From NCBI RefSeq assembly GCF_020745735.1, contig NC_083449.1:10576923-10640922 (forward strand): 64,000 bases of DNA, given 5' to 3'. The position numbers were made by a program, and so were the translations under genes. The DNA comes from Hemiscyllium ocellatum. Taxonomy: Eukaryota. Below are positions 40,475 through 54,035 of the stretch, in pieces. Each line of letters opens with the position of its first letter. Within the stretch, counting starts at the first letter, position 1. The notes under the pieces are model-generated. The model was given only the letters and a program-made list of their open reading frames with translations. It ran no database searches and was not told the DNA's origin.

Positions 40475-43040
40475 GCTTTATATATGTCACTTTAACTCTG
40501 TATCTGTCATGTCCTTATTTACACATTTTGCATTAACTCAACATCTGTCCATTCAGACTCTGCTCCTCTGTGTAATAGTCAATTAGTGTTACTTCAAGAG
40601 AGGTTTTATTCTGTATCCATCAAGCACTGATGTAAGCGGTAAAACGTTACGCTATTTGCCAGCCACTTAGAAATATTCCTGCAATCTGTGCCCCCAGGAG
40701 AGGTGAGGACTACAGATGCTGAGGATGAGAGGGTTTATGCCTGAAACATCGAGATGAAGGGTTTAAGCCCGATACATGATTCTCCTGCTTCCCGGATGCT
40801 GGCTGACCTGCTGTGCTTTTCCAGCACCGCACTCGCGGCACCAATCTGTGTCCGTCTGTTTCTGGGATATAAAGCATTTTTGTAAACCCTATTTCACAGT
40901 CTTTATATGTTAGTATGTTACTGGACTATAACTCGAACCTTCTTAAGTGTAACTTGTTTTACTCTGTAAGTGTCATCCATTGACATAAGAATGTGTTTCA
41001 TGTAGTACCTACAACTTTGAATGTACTGGATTTTGGATAGACACAGGACGGACTCACTGCCCTCCACTACCAACCCTATGAATATCAGCTTCTGCACACA
41101 GTCACTCAAGGCTAGAATCAAACCTGGGACCCTGTTGCTGTGAGGCAGCAGTGCTAACCACTGAGCCAGTCTTACCCCAATAACAGGGGTGGGATCTCCA
41201 GTGAGAATATGCCCAACCATTTTATACCACAATGAGAGCCTATATATCAATCTGCAACTCTCAGATTCTGCCACGTGAATATGTGAGTACAGCTGTCACT
41301 CTCTGCCTGTCAGTTTCTGCGATGTGCATACTTGAGTGAAGTTATCTGCCTGTACCTGTGGGTTTCCACTCACTGAATATACGAGTAGAGGTATTACTCT
41401 CTCCCAACAAGACTCTCAGATATGCACACTTGAGTGAAGTTATCACCCCATACCTGTTGGTTTCTGCTATGTGAACATGACCGTTTTTGCTCTGTGAATG
41501 TGATTGTTTAATTATCAATCTGTCCATGTCAGTTTCAGCATTGCTAAAATTTGAACATTGTTATCAATATCTACCTGCCATCTTCTGCCAAGTGAACATG
41601 TGGGGGTCTGAATTGAAATGTACCTTTTGCTTTCTGCGGCATGAATGCATGAGTGTGGTTGTCAATCTTTCCCTGTCAGTTTCTGCTATGTCAATGTATT
41701 GGTTTAGTGATCCATCTGTACTGATGAAGGGCTTTGAGCCAAAACCTCAATTCTTCTGCTTCTTGGATGCTTCCTGACCTGCTGTGCTTTCCCAGCACCA
41801 CACTCCTCACTCTAATCTCCAGCATCTGCAGTCCTCACTTTCACCTATCCATCTGTACCTGTCAGTTTCTGATCTGTGAATGTGGAAGTGTAGTTATTGA
41901 TCTGACTATCAGTTTCTCCAATTTGAATATGACTGTCTAGTTATCTATCTCTCCCTGTCAGTTTCTGTGATGTGAAGATGACAGTCCAATTATCTATCTG
42001 CCCCTGTCAGATTCAGATCTGTGAATATGAGAGTGTCATTATCAATCTCTACCTGTCAGCTTTTGCTATGTCAACGCGATGTTAGTTATCAATCTGCCTC
42101 ATTAGGTTCTAGGTGAATGTAAGAATTTAGTTATCAATATATACCTGTGAGATTTTGCTCTGGGAATATGAGAGTGTATTATCAAAATGTACCTGTCAGT
42201 TTCTGCAATGTGAATGTGTTTGTGCAATCATCAGTTTATCCCTGACAGCTTTAACTATATGAATGGATGAGTGCATCTGTACCTGAAAGTATCTGTGCCT
42301 GTCAGTTTGTGTTCTGTGAATAAGTGAGTGTACTTACATATTTGTCTCTGTTTAACAAGACACTTGCAGAAACTGCAGGAGCTCTTTTTACTTCAAATCT
42401 CTGTTGCTCAACGTGAATAAGATTTCATCGATTGCCATCCATAGCAGGGTGGCAGGGTGGCACAGTGGTGCCAGGGACACAGATTCAACTCCAACCATGC
42501 TTCATTATGTGTGTGCAGTTTGCACGTTCTGTCCGTGTCTGCATGGGTTTCCTCTGGGTGCTCTTGTTTTTCTGCATGGTCCAAACATGTGCAGGGTTGC
42601 TGGATTAGCCATGGCAAATTGTCCTGTATTATTCAAGGATGTGCAGTGTCAGTGGGTTAACTCCATGTTTACCACAGTTATGGGGATAGGGTGGGGTCTA
42701 CATCTGGGTGGGATCCGCTTTAGAGAGTTGTTGCAGGGGGGTGAGCCAAATGACCTCTCTCTGCACTGGAGAAATTTTATGTACTGTAAATGAAAGTGAG
42801 ACTTTTTAATAACATTGTCAGTCTCTGACAGTATAGAGCAGTTTGGACAATTTCCACAACTTTTATTCTATGGTACGGTTTATGATTGTAAGTTATATTA
42901 TGAATGTGCATTTTGAATTTATTGCTCACATGTTTATAGCAAGACCACTTTATGAGAGCTTTTTCATTCTGTGTCCAATAATCTCTGGGGATCTGTCTGA
43001 ATGTGTACCTTTTCATGTCAATATTTCATTTCCCTTTGGC
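40475..43040. repeat. Segmental duplicate of about 29100-32250
   Basis: Shared mini-elements, satellite array and V-SINE in the same order. Confidence 0.85.
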
Positions 43041-44004
43041 CCACTTGAAAACAAAGTATTTATTCAGTCATTTTTGTAAGAGATGTGTTCTGTTTTCATT
43101 TTGTGGAAACAAATTAAATTGCGATATTTGTTTCAATCTGACACTTGGCCTGCTATCTAATTCCTCCAGTCTGGACAAACAGAATTGATACATGAATTAC
43201 ATACAGTCATGGAGTCAGACAGCAAGCCTAAACAATGGTGAGATAATTGGATGAACACTTAATCTGAATGTTTACTTCCTTATTTCCTTATATAACTGGA
43301 ATACATTGTGACCATGCAATAGGGTTCAGTATTTCTGAATGAAGAAGTGGAGTTTACTTTGTGACCAATGTGATACCATGTATTTAAATTTGATTGGAGG
43401 TTCACTTGTACACTGGGACTGACATTTCACTCTTACCCTGTCCTGTTTAACTTCATTAATGAAATGCTTGCTCTCCCAACCATGTGATCCTTGCAGGCAT
43501 GACTTTTCTATTTTTACCTGTGGACCTACTAACCTGACAGTATTTATGTGCTTTGCAAATTATTCCACACCCACTGTGTATTGGCACTATCTCATTCTTT
43601 GCTGCATGCAGAAATCAGTTTCCTTCACACCCTTCATTACATGAATAAGGACAATAACTGGCGCAGTCAGCAACTATTTGCTCTGCTCTTCCATTCACTT
43701 GTACAGCTTGTATACTTGGGAATTACTATCTACCTGTCAGTCTGTGCTATTCTTTGGGACTGCCAGTTAGCAGAGTCGGACAGGAGAGAGTTCTCAGTTC
43801 ACGTTTCCTGAAGTGAATGGGAAAGATCTTATTTTCTGTAATCGTTTGTAGGATTCACAGACAAGTAAAACTATAACACGTTGCCACAGAAACGAGTCTG
43901 TGCTGTTCTTAAAAGTCAAGGTGGGAAAAGCAATGGACTTTTGCAATTCTGACAGGGTGGAATTTAACTGGGAGTAGTGATATCAAAGTCTGACTTTCAG
44001 AGTG

Positions 44005-44462
44005 TCATACAGCATAGAAACAGGTCCTTTGGTCCAAGTTGTTAGTGCTGACCAGAGATCCTAATCTGAACAAGTCCCATTTGCCAGCATTTGGTCTGTC
44101 TCCCTCTAAACCCTTCCTATTCATGTACAAATCCAGGTGCCTACATAAGGTTGTAATTGTACCCACCACCTCCACTTCCTCTGGTAGTTCATTCCATACA
44201 AGCACCGCCCTCTGCAATGATAAAGTAACCCCAGCAGTGCTTTTTAAATCTTTTCCCTCTCACCTTAAACCTATGCCCTGTATTTTTGGTCTCCCCACCA
44301 TTAGAAAAAAGACTTTGCATATTCACCCTCTCAATGTCACTCATGATTTTATTAACCTCAATAAGGTCATATCTCAGCCTCAGACAGTCCAGGGGTTAAA
44401 AAAAAAACAACAACAGCCTATTTGGCCTCTCCCCATAACTCAAACCCTCCAGTCCTGGCAAT
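44005..44462 (-). mobile_element. CR1 3' end
   Basis: RAVLVWNELPEEV..YMNRKGLEG. Confidence 0.85.
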
Positions 44463-44521
44463 GAGACATACTGATGGGAGTAGTACAGTTGATGTAGTTT
44501 ACATGGACTACAATAAGGCTT

Positions 44522-45525
44522 CTGTAGGAACATAATCCCCGACCAGAGATGAAAGACTCGGGAGGCAGGCAGGATCCAGGCAAGTGGTAGGTATTTATTC
44601 AAGAAGAAACCAGTTAATGCAGAGAGGGGGCCAAAGGATCTTCCCCTGAGACTGCCCTCAGAAGAGAGATCCATGGCATACACTGATTTTACAATAAAAA
44701 AAACAATATTTATTGTACATGTTCTGTGAACAATTACAAACAACGTGATTAATATGTTGCTCCCTCTTACTTTGCAAACCCTATCCTATGAGACACCTCA
44801 TCAATGATGGGCATCCATTGGACAGCTCCAGGTTCACATGATCTCAAGGTGATTAGCAGATACTGTAATCGCTCGCCCTTGGGATCTTTCTATGTCTCCT
44901 ATTTGTTCACATTCCAGAGTTACTTGCTATACTCCTTCAGGTTTCTGTCAGTCTAGCTTATCTTGAGGGACACCCTGAATGCTGTTATTCATTGTATTTA
45001 ATTTTAATCAAATTTCATTGCTGCTCTTACATGTCCCAAAGTCCTTATTATATATGGAGGAAAAACAGAAAACAGTTAATTTTGCTTTATTTGCTAAAAA
45101 TTTGTAATTTTAATTTCTGTTATAAAGTTAGTTAAAATGTGTAAAGTCACACAGTTACAAAACTGAGTAGTATAAGATAACTTTAGCTGTTGCCCCCTCA
45201 GTTGTTTTAGGGGATTAATGGGCTGTATCTAACATCTGGTGCCTGTTCATTTACTGGCACAATTCCCTTTCATTTAATGTGGCTGGAGTTACTTGTTCAT
45301 CAGACCTTAGGTCTGCTGGTCAGAACTGTTTCGAATGAGAACAGGCTGGGTCCTTTTTACTGTCCTCTGAGTGGGTTGTTCAATGGTATCATTATACCTC
45401 ACTGTGTCCTTAGTTTCTGCCATTGTGTTTCACGTCCTGCTGTTTAATTCTACTTTCCACTTATCGGTCAGTTTGTGTAAACAGATATGGGCCCTGTATT
45501 CTGGGAGGTCCAGGCCACCCCGATC
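44522..45525. mobile_element. Unclassified insertion (LTR/ERV-like?) splitting a CR1 RT
   Basis: CR1 YMDYNKA|FDKV motif split across about 1 kb of unrelated DNA starting with TGTAGG. Confidence 0.35.
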
Positions 45526-46680
45526 GCCTTTGACAAAGTCGCATATAAAAGACTGGTCTAAGATTGGCTCTTGGAGTTTAAGCAAACTGGATCTGAAATG
45601 AGCTTGCAGACAGGATGCAAAGTGTGATGGAGATGGGTTGTGTTTGTGACTGGAAGCCTGTGACCAGTGGTGTCCCACAGGGATCAGTGCTGGGACACTT
45701 GCTGTTCATTATGTACATTAATGACTTGGATGTGAATGTAGAATGTATAATTACTATATTTATAGATGAGATTTTAGTGTGGAAGTGCAAAATGTGTTGG
45801 TGCAGGCTTGGAGGGCAAAGGGCATGTGACTGGGCTGTGCTGTTCGTTCTTGTTCAACATGAAAATTGACAGCACTGTTGACAGTGAGGGGGATGGTCTC
45901 AGGCTACAGCATGAGTACAGCCGGCAGAACAATGGCTCTGATATTCCTGTAAGTGTAAGATAATGTATTTTAGGAGGTCTAACAGGGGAAAGAATTACAC
46001 AATGAAGAGTAAGTCCCCAGGGAGTACTGAGGAACAAAGGGACCTTGCTATACAAGTCTATAGATCCCAGAAGGAAACAGCACAGGCAGACAGGCTGCTG
46101 AAGAAGGCATACAGAATGCTGGCCTTTCTTACCTGAGCCGTACAATTTAAAAGCAAGGCACTCTTCTGACAACTTTACAGAACATTGATTCGGCCACAGA
46201 TGGAATACTGTGTGCAGGTCTGACTGCCACCCTATCAGAAGGATGTGATTGTACTGGAGAGGGTGCAGTGGGTTGGAAAGTCACCGTTATGAGGCAAGAC
46301 TGGATACGCTGAGTTTTATTTTCTTGGAGCAGAGGAGGCTAAGGGAGGATATGATTGAAGAATACCAGATTATCAGAAATGTAGGCAGAGTAGATTGGGA
46401 AAATCTTCCTCCCCATGACTGATGTGTCTAAGTCCAGAGGACACAAGTTGAAGTTGAGGAGAAAACAGCTTAGAGGAAATGTGAGAAAAATATTTTGACC
46501 CAGAGGGTGGGTAAGTTTGGAACATTCTGCCTGGACATTCCTTTAATAAACCAGGGTATAGTCAGCTATGGGCCAAGTGCAGGTAAATGGGACGGATGCA
46601 GTTTGGTGTTTGTTGAACATCATTGACATGGTGGGCCAAAGGATCTGTTTCTATGCTGTACAACTCTATATCTCTATAAC
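45526..46680 (+). mobile_element. Old CR1 RT/3' fragment
   Basis: WKPVTSGVPQGSVLG..YINDLD. Confidence 0.85.
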
Positions 46681-47234
46681 ATCCTTGTAAATCTTTACTG
46701 TACCACGTCAAGTTTAACAACATCTTTTTTGCAGCAGGTTGATGAGAATTATACACAATCTCCTAAAAGTGGATTCATCAATATCCTGCACAGCCACCAG
46801 ATGACCTCCCAACTCCGACAGTCAGTGTTCTGAACAATGACGGCACGCACGCCAACTGCCTTCTTCACCACCCTATCTATCTGCAACTACTTTCATGGAC
46901 TTGGAGGTGCCAGTGTTGCACTCGGGTGGACAAAGTGAAAAATGACACAACACCAGGTTTTCATCCAACAGGTTTATTTGGAAACACAAGCTTTTGAAGC
47001 ACTGCACCTTCATCGGGTGGTTGAAGAAGGAACAGTGCTTTGAAAGCTAATGCTTCCAAATAAACCTGTTGGAGTACATTCAAGGAAATCTTCACTGACA
47101 CACTGAGGGTTCTTAGTTCAGCAACACTCCCCAATGCCCTACCATTACGTGTGGAATTCGTGCCTTGGTTTGCCTTCTCAAAATGTAAACTAAACTACGT
47201 CTGCCACTCTTCAGCCCACTGACCCACCTGACAA

Positions 47235-48150
47235 GAGGTATAGTTAGTAAGTATGCAGATGACACCACAATGGAGGTGCAATGGACAGCGAAGAAGATTA
47301 CCTCGGATTACAATAGGATCTTGACCATATGGGCCAATGGGCTGAGAAGTGGCAGATGGAGTTTAATTGAGAGAAGTGTGAGGTGCTGCATTTTGGGAAA
47401 GCAAATCTTAGCAGGACTTATACACCTAATGATAAGGTCCCAGGGAGTGTTGCTGAACAAAGAGACCATGGTTCATAGCTCCTTGAAAGTGGAGTTGCAG
47501 GTTGATAGGATAGTGAAGGCAGTGTTTGGTATGCTTTCCTTTATTGGTCAGTGAATTGATTACAGGAGTTGGGAGATCATGTTGTGGCTGTACATGACAT
47601 TGGTTAGGCCACTGTTGGAATATTGCATGCAATTCTAGTTTCCTACCTATCGGAAAGATATTGTGAAACTTGAAGGGGTTCAGAAAAGATTTACAAGGAT
47701 GTTGCCAGGGTTGGAGTATTTGAGGTATCAGGAGAGGTTGAATAGGCTTATGGCTGTTTTCAGAGGGGCAACCTAATAGAGGTTTATAAAATCATGACAG
47801 CTATGGATAGGATAAATAGACAACATTTATTCCCTGAGGTAGGGGAGTTCAGAGTGAGAGGGCATAGGCTTAGAGTTAGAAGGGAAGATTTAAAAGGGAT
47901 CTGGAGAGCATTTTTTCCAATGTGACGTAGTGTGTGTATAGAATGAGCTGTCAGAGAAATTGGTGGAGACTGGTACAATTACACCATTTAAAAGGCACCT
48001 GGATGGATACAACAACAGGAAGGGTTTAGAGGGATATGGGCCATGTGCTGGCAAATGAGACTGGATTAGGTCAGGATATCTGGCTGGCATGGATGAGTCC
48101 AGCTGAAGTATCTGTTTCTGTGCTGTATAAATCTATGACTTTATGACTGT
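47235..48150 (+). mobile_element. CR1 3' fragment
   Basis: YADDT.. through the 3' UTR. Confidence 0.85.
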
Positions 48151-48327
48151 GAATAATAACATTTATTGGAAATGGGGTGATGTGTATGGACGATGGAGAG
48201 AGATTTTAAAAATTGTCATTCCTTGGTGGTATTTGACCCTGTTTGAAATTGAGCTGAATGTGTGTCTAATTCAAACTGCTCTGTGACTGTGGAAAGGAAG
48301 TTCTTTAGTCTGACAATGGTAACATAC

Positions 48328-48403
48328 CTGCTGTTTGTTAGAAGGAATGGATCACCCTTGGCTTTGCCCCGAGGGAATGTGTCTTGGTACTTCAAGTATT
48401 TGT
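48328..48403 (-). other. Putative 76-nt exon, copy D (6-nt deletion)
   Basis: ctcttctgtctgcctccAG|...CAGCAG|GTATGT. Confidence 0.55.
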
Positions 48404-48689
48404 CTGGAGGCAGACAGAAGAGACATCTCCTGTAAATCAACATTAAGTTTGACAGTATCAAACCTCTGAATGTAACATTCATTTAATAATCATTAGGCTG
48501 TTTTTCTTTCAAACCGGCAAGTCCAACAGAACTGCAGGTCTGAATCTATTCTTGGCCTGAGCTGCTCTTTGTCTGGTGATTGTAATAAAAATATCTGTAC
48601 CAATTCACTGAGAACCAGATACAAACCAACATCCCCACAGCTCCACAATGGGGCTACCCAATACAAGTGTGTATCTGGATCTGAGAGTT

Positions 48690-49920
48690 TCCTTATCAAT
48701 CCATACCTGCCAGTTCCTGCGAGGTGAATGTGGAAGTACTGCTGTTAACCTGTAACTGTCAATATAAGCTGTGCAAATGTGTGAGTGAATGTAGTTATCA
48801 ATCTGTCCCTGTCACACTCCGGTAAATATATTTACATTTTGGCATTGCAGAGACTGACAGGGACAGATTAATAACTACACTCACATATTCACACAGCATA
48901 AACTGACAGGTATAGATTGATAACTAAACTCATATATCCACACTGAATAAACCTGCACAAACTGGTTGTTAAATATATTTTAAATAAATAAAATCAGTCC
49001 CTATGTGTTTCATTGATGGGGATGTGATAGTTTAGTCATCAATATGTACCTGTCAGTTTCTGCCCTGTGAATGTGTGAGTTTACATACCAATCTGTCCTG
49101 AACAGTTTCTACTGTGTATCTGAGAGTGCAGTTATCAACCTGAACCTGTCAGTTTCAGCTATGAGAACGTGAGTGTCATTATCAGTATCTACCGGTCAGT
49201 TTTTGCTGTATGAATATTAAATGCAGTCATCAAAGTGTGCCCATCAGTTTCTTCTGTGAGAATGTAGGTATTGATCTCTATTTGTCTGCTTTAGCTATAC
49301 CAATGTGTGAATGCAATTATCAAACAGTACCTGTCAGGTTTTGCTACTTGACACCTGAGTGTCTTTATCAATCTGTTTCCACCACGACAATTTGAGAGAG
49401 TCGATACCAAACTGTCGCTGTCGGTTTCTTCCCTGTCAATATGTGAATACAGTTATTGATCAGTACCCATCAGATTCTGCTGTGAATATGGGTGTATTAT
49501 CAAACTGTAGTGGTCAGTTTCAGCGATGTGAATGTGGGAGTACAGTTATCACTCTCTACCTGTCATTTTCTTCTTTGTCAAAGTGAGTGTAACTGTCAAT
49601 CTGTATCTTTCAGACTCTGCTGCGTGAATACATACATATAGTTATTTATCTGTAGCTGTCAGTTTCTGCTTGGCAAATACCTTTCAGTAATTGTCAATCT
49701 ATCCCTGCTATGTGAATGTGAGAGCTGAGTTTTCATCTGTTGCTATCAGCTTCTGCTTTGTGAATGTGAGAGTTGAGTGATCAATCTTTCCCTGTCAGGC
49801 TCTGTAATTCCAGTGTTTTGAGTGTATTTATTCATCTTTTCCTGTCAGTTTGTGTGACTGTAGTTATCAGCCTGTACCCCTCAGATTCTGCTATATGAAC
49901 ATAAGACTGTAGTTATTCAT
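48690..49920 (+). repeat. Degenerate ~47-bp satellite array (largest), with an internal inversion
   Basis: More than 20 diverged units; units inverted at about 48850-48945. Confidence 0.85.
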
Positions 49921-49939
49921 TTAATTTGATCATTGTTAT

Positions 49940-50445
49940 CACATGTCCTAAGATAAATTGAAAAGTATTGTTTTGTGCACCTTACAGGTAGATCATCTCA
50001 TTCAAAGTTCATCAAGGTAATAGAACAGAATCCAGAATACAGTGTTAAAGCTGCAGAGAAGGTGCTGACAGAGATTAGCATAATGTTCAAAAGTCTAATA
50101 ATACTGGAGAAGCAGTTGTTGAATCTGTTGGATGGTGTATTCAAACTTCTGTATTTTCTACCTGACAGACCAGGGTGGAGGAGCGTATAACTGGGGTTGG
50201 ATGCGTCTTTCATGTTGCTTTCCCAAGACAGGGGGAAGTGGAATTGGAGCCTTTGGATGGAAGGCTGCTTTCAGTGATGGACTGGGCTGAGTCGTAACTC
50301 TCTGTAGTTTCTTGTGGTCTTGGGCAGAACAGGAGCCATACTACGCTGTGACACATCCAAATAGGATGTTTTCTGTGGCGCATCTATAAAAATGTGCAAG
50401 AGTCTTTATGGACATTCTGAATTCCCTTAGCCATCTGAGGAAATC
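49940..50445 (-). mobile_element. Rex1/Babar-like LINE 3' fragment
   Basis: ORF 49998-50213 SGRKYRSLNTPSNRFNNCF resembles the LPSGRRYRS...RFKNSFFP C-terminus. Confidence 0.6.
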
Positions 50446-50457
50446 TGCTTGGTGAAT

Positions 50458-51075
50458 GTCATAGAGTCATAGCCATAGAGATGTACAGCACAGAAACAGA
50501 CCCTTCAGTCCAACTTGTCCATGGCAACTAGATATCCCAACCCAATCCAGTTCCACCTTCCAGCACCCGGCCCATATCCCTCCAAATACTTCCTATTCAT
50601 ATACCCATCTCGATGCCTTTTAAATGCTGCAATTATATGAGCCTCCACCACTTCCTCCTGGCAGGTCATTCCATACAAGTACCATCCTCAGCATGAAAAC
50701 ATGCCCCTTAGGTCTCTTTTATATCTTTCCCCTCTTACCCTAACCCTATGCCCTCGAGTTCTAGACTCCCCCACCCCAGGGGAAAGACTTTGTCTATTTA
50801 TTCTTTCCACGCCCCTCATGATTTTATAAACGTCTATAATGTCACCCCTCAGCCTCCAATGCTCCAGGGAAAATAGCCCTTGCCTATTCAACCTCTGACA
50901 GCTCAAATCATCCAAACCTGGCAACGTCCTTGTAAATATTTTCTGAACCCTTTCAAGATTCACAATATCATTCCTATCGGAAGGAGACCAGAATTGCATG
51001 CAATATTCCAACAGTGGCCTAACCAATGTCATGTACAGCTACAAGGTGACCTCCCAACAACTGTACTCAATACTG
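50458..51075 (-). mobile_element. CR1 3' fragment
   Basis: LVRPLLEYCMQFWSP..RLRGD. Confidence 0.88.
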
Positions 51076-51334
51076 AATGTGTTTGGGTAATTGTCAATCT
51101 AAGGCTGTCAGGTTCTGCTATGTGAGTATAAGAATTTACTTTTTAACAGTCAGTTTTTGCTTCATGAATGTTTTGTTTAGTTGAGAACCCTTCCCGGTCA
51201 GGCTCTAATGTAAATGTGAGTGCATTTATCAATGTTTGCCTGACAGAATTTCTTTTGTGAACATGTGAATGTGGTTATCAATTTTCCCTGGTAGTTTCTG
51301 CTCTGTGAATATGAAAGTGTAGTTATTAATCTCA

Positions 51335-52110
51335 ATGAAAATCAAAAGAACTGCAGATGATGGAAATCAGAAAATAAAACAAATTGCTGGAAAAGCTCAG
51401 CAGGTCTGACAGAGTCTGTGGACAGAAATCAGAGTTAAAATTTCCAGTCTAGTAACCCTTCCTGTGAAGAGATGGTAGCCAGGAAAATATTAGATTTTCT
51501 GCAGAAGATAGGGTGTGTTGAAGGGTAAGGGAGTAAATGGTGGATGAATATAGAACCAAAGAGAGGGAAGAACAGTTGAACAGATAAACTAGTGGATCAC
51601 AGTCAGACAAGGATGGTAATAGCTATTAATAGAGACTGTTAGTGAGTTTTGGTGTACAATTGAAGACCATATGATAACACTGCGTGGTGAGAGGGGTTTT
51701 GGGTAATGATATGGGAGAGCTCTAGCTCTAAAGATGTAGAATCCAATATTGAGTCCAGAAGACTGTCGAGTTCCCAAGCAGAAAATGAGGTGCTGTTCTT
51801 CCAGCTTGCACTGAACTTTGCTGGAGCACTGCAGCAAGCCTGAGACAGAGATGTTGGCCAGGGTACAGGGTGGTGTGTTGAAGTGGCATGCAACTAGAAG
51901 CTCAGGGACATTTTGTTCTGGACAGAATGTAGGTGTTCTGTGCAGTGGACACCCAATCTACACTCAGTTTCCCCAGCATAGAGAAGACCAAATGATAGCT
52001 CGGAAAATGCACACAATCAGTTCTGAGGAGGGGTCATTAGACCTCAAATGCTAAGTCTGATTTCCCTCCATAAATGCTGCCAAACCTGTGGATTTTTCGG
52101 GCAATTTTTG
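51335..52110. mobile_element. Old PLE fragment with inverted ends
   Basis: KLEEQHLIFCLGT..GLNI GIY-YIG tail; decayed hammerhead CTGAGGAGGGGTC..GACC at about 52023. Confidence 0.65.
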
Positions 52111-52504
52111 TTATTAGTTTCTACCTGTCAGTTTCTGTGCTGTAAACATGAGTGTCATTATCAAACTGTACATGTCAATTTATGCAATTTGAAACAGGGA
52201 GTGTTATTAATCTGTTCCAATAAATTTTCATAATGAGAATGTAGTTATCAGTCTTCCTCTGAGATGTCCTGCCCATGTGCACATGTGTATGATTGACCAA
52301 TCTGTCCCTGTTATATTCTGGTCTGTGTAATAAAAGAGTTTTGGAATTGATCTATACTTGCCAGTTTCTGCTGTGCGACTGTGAGAGTCAAGTACTCAAT
52401 CAGTACCAACTACTTTCAACTCTTTTATGTGTGAAAGTTGCTTAATTCTCTGGCAGCCAACAATATTCTAAGAGTCCAATCATCACCAGGAATCTATGGT
52501 TGAT

Positions 52505-52672
52505 TTTCAGGAAAACCCATCTGGTTCACTAATGTCCTGTAAGGAAACTGCCATCCTTGTGTCTCCAGACCCGCAGCAATGTGGTTGACTCATAACTACC
52601 CCCTGAGTAGTTAGGCATGGGCAATAAATACTGCCCTAGCCAGTGATGCCCTCATCCCATGAATGAATTTAG
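52505..52672 (+). mobile_element. Ancient SINE-like 3' fragment (related tail at 57215-57400 on minus)
   Basis: CCCATCTGGTTCACTAATGTCC...GGGCAATAAAT...CATCCCATGAATGAAT. Confidence 0.5.
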
Positions 52673-53827
52673 GAAAAAAGAATCCTCTGTGACTGAGATT
52701 CATTCTGTGATAGTAGATTTTAAGGGTGTTGTGATTGGGCCTTAAACTCTTCTGCATTTTGTGATTTATGACAGAGTCACAGAATTGATACAGCCATTCA
52801 GTCCATTATGTCTGTACTGGGACATTCTGTTGTTCATCTGTTCTCCATATAATTTCCACTCACTGTTGGGTGTCTAAACTTCATCTACTCACTATCAGTA
52901 TCTCAAGGTAAATGCTAATGTGAGATTAGTTCTGCAGTATTCTGCCATTGAATAACTGTAGTGCCAGGTTGGTTTTGTATGCAACAGCATCAGGTGGTGT
53001 TTGAGAATCTCATTCTCTTTACATGTTGCATTTTATTTGTTTGGTCCGAATGTTGGATTAACTCGATCAATACTCACTAACACTATGTGTGAAGGATTAA
53101 TGTTGGTTCCACGTTAACCTTTTGCCATGAATCTGAATGTTATTGTTTTCAGACTTTTTTACATTTTGTGTATGCAGGAGTTGCTGCTGGACACTGTAAA
53201 ATGTAACATCTAATGCTAACTGAAGCGATTAATGGTTTGGTGAGTCAATTTATAACTGTCCATATTTGGAAATACCTGGGCCTAAATTTCATTCTTTTTT
53301 CCCTTTCACCATTAACTGGATGAGTGCGAGTTGTGCTGCCAATCTGTATCACTTGAAAGGAGTGGTATTGGTCTATACCACACTGACATTTTCTGTCCGT
53401 CTATCTCCTTACGTTTCCAGTTCTGCAGGTCATGATCTGATACACGCAGGTAGGTTTAATGCCTTATAAATCAGTGTTTCATCCATTAAATGTATGGAAA
53501 TGTTTCTGCATTACTCAGGCCCTCAACCAGAATGGGAGTGTGAATAAAGTGTCTTTGCATCAGCACCAGGCTGAAAATGAGAACTGAATTCAATCGATCA
53601 GTCTCTTATACTTGATACCAATGTGGTCCTTATTCTTGGTTATTGTATCTCACAGTGGTTCAGTGTCGTCTAAATTGAAACATGTCACTTTTAGTAACTG
53701 CAAGCACAATTAATTGTTTAAATTTCTGCTACCTGCCATGAATGAGGTTTTATCCATTGCCACTGGAGTCAGGTCCCGTCAGTGAAAGTGGATATGTTTC
53801 TATATCTGCTAATATTTGGCCTTGTAC

Positions 53828-54035
53828 ATAGAGCCATAGAGGTGCACATGGAAACAGACCCTTCAGTCCAACCTGTCCATGCCGACCAGATATCCCAACC
53901 CTATCTAGTCCCACCTGCTAGCACCTAGCCCATATCCCTCCAAACCTTTCCTATTCATATACCCTTCCAAATGCCTCCTAAATGTTGCAATTGTACCAGC
54001 CTCCACCACTTCCTCTGGCAGGTCATTCCATACAT
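53828..54035 (-). mobile_element. CR1 3' end
   Basis: WNDLPEEVVEAGTIATF..YMNRKGLEGYG. Confidence 0.85.
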
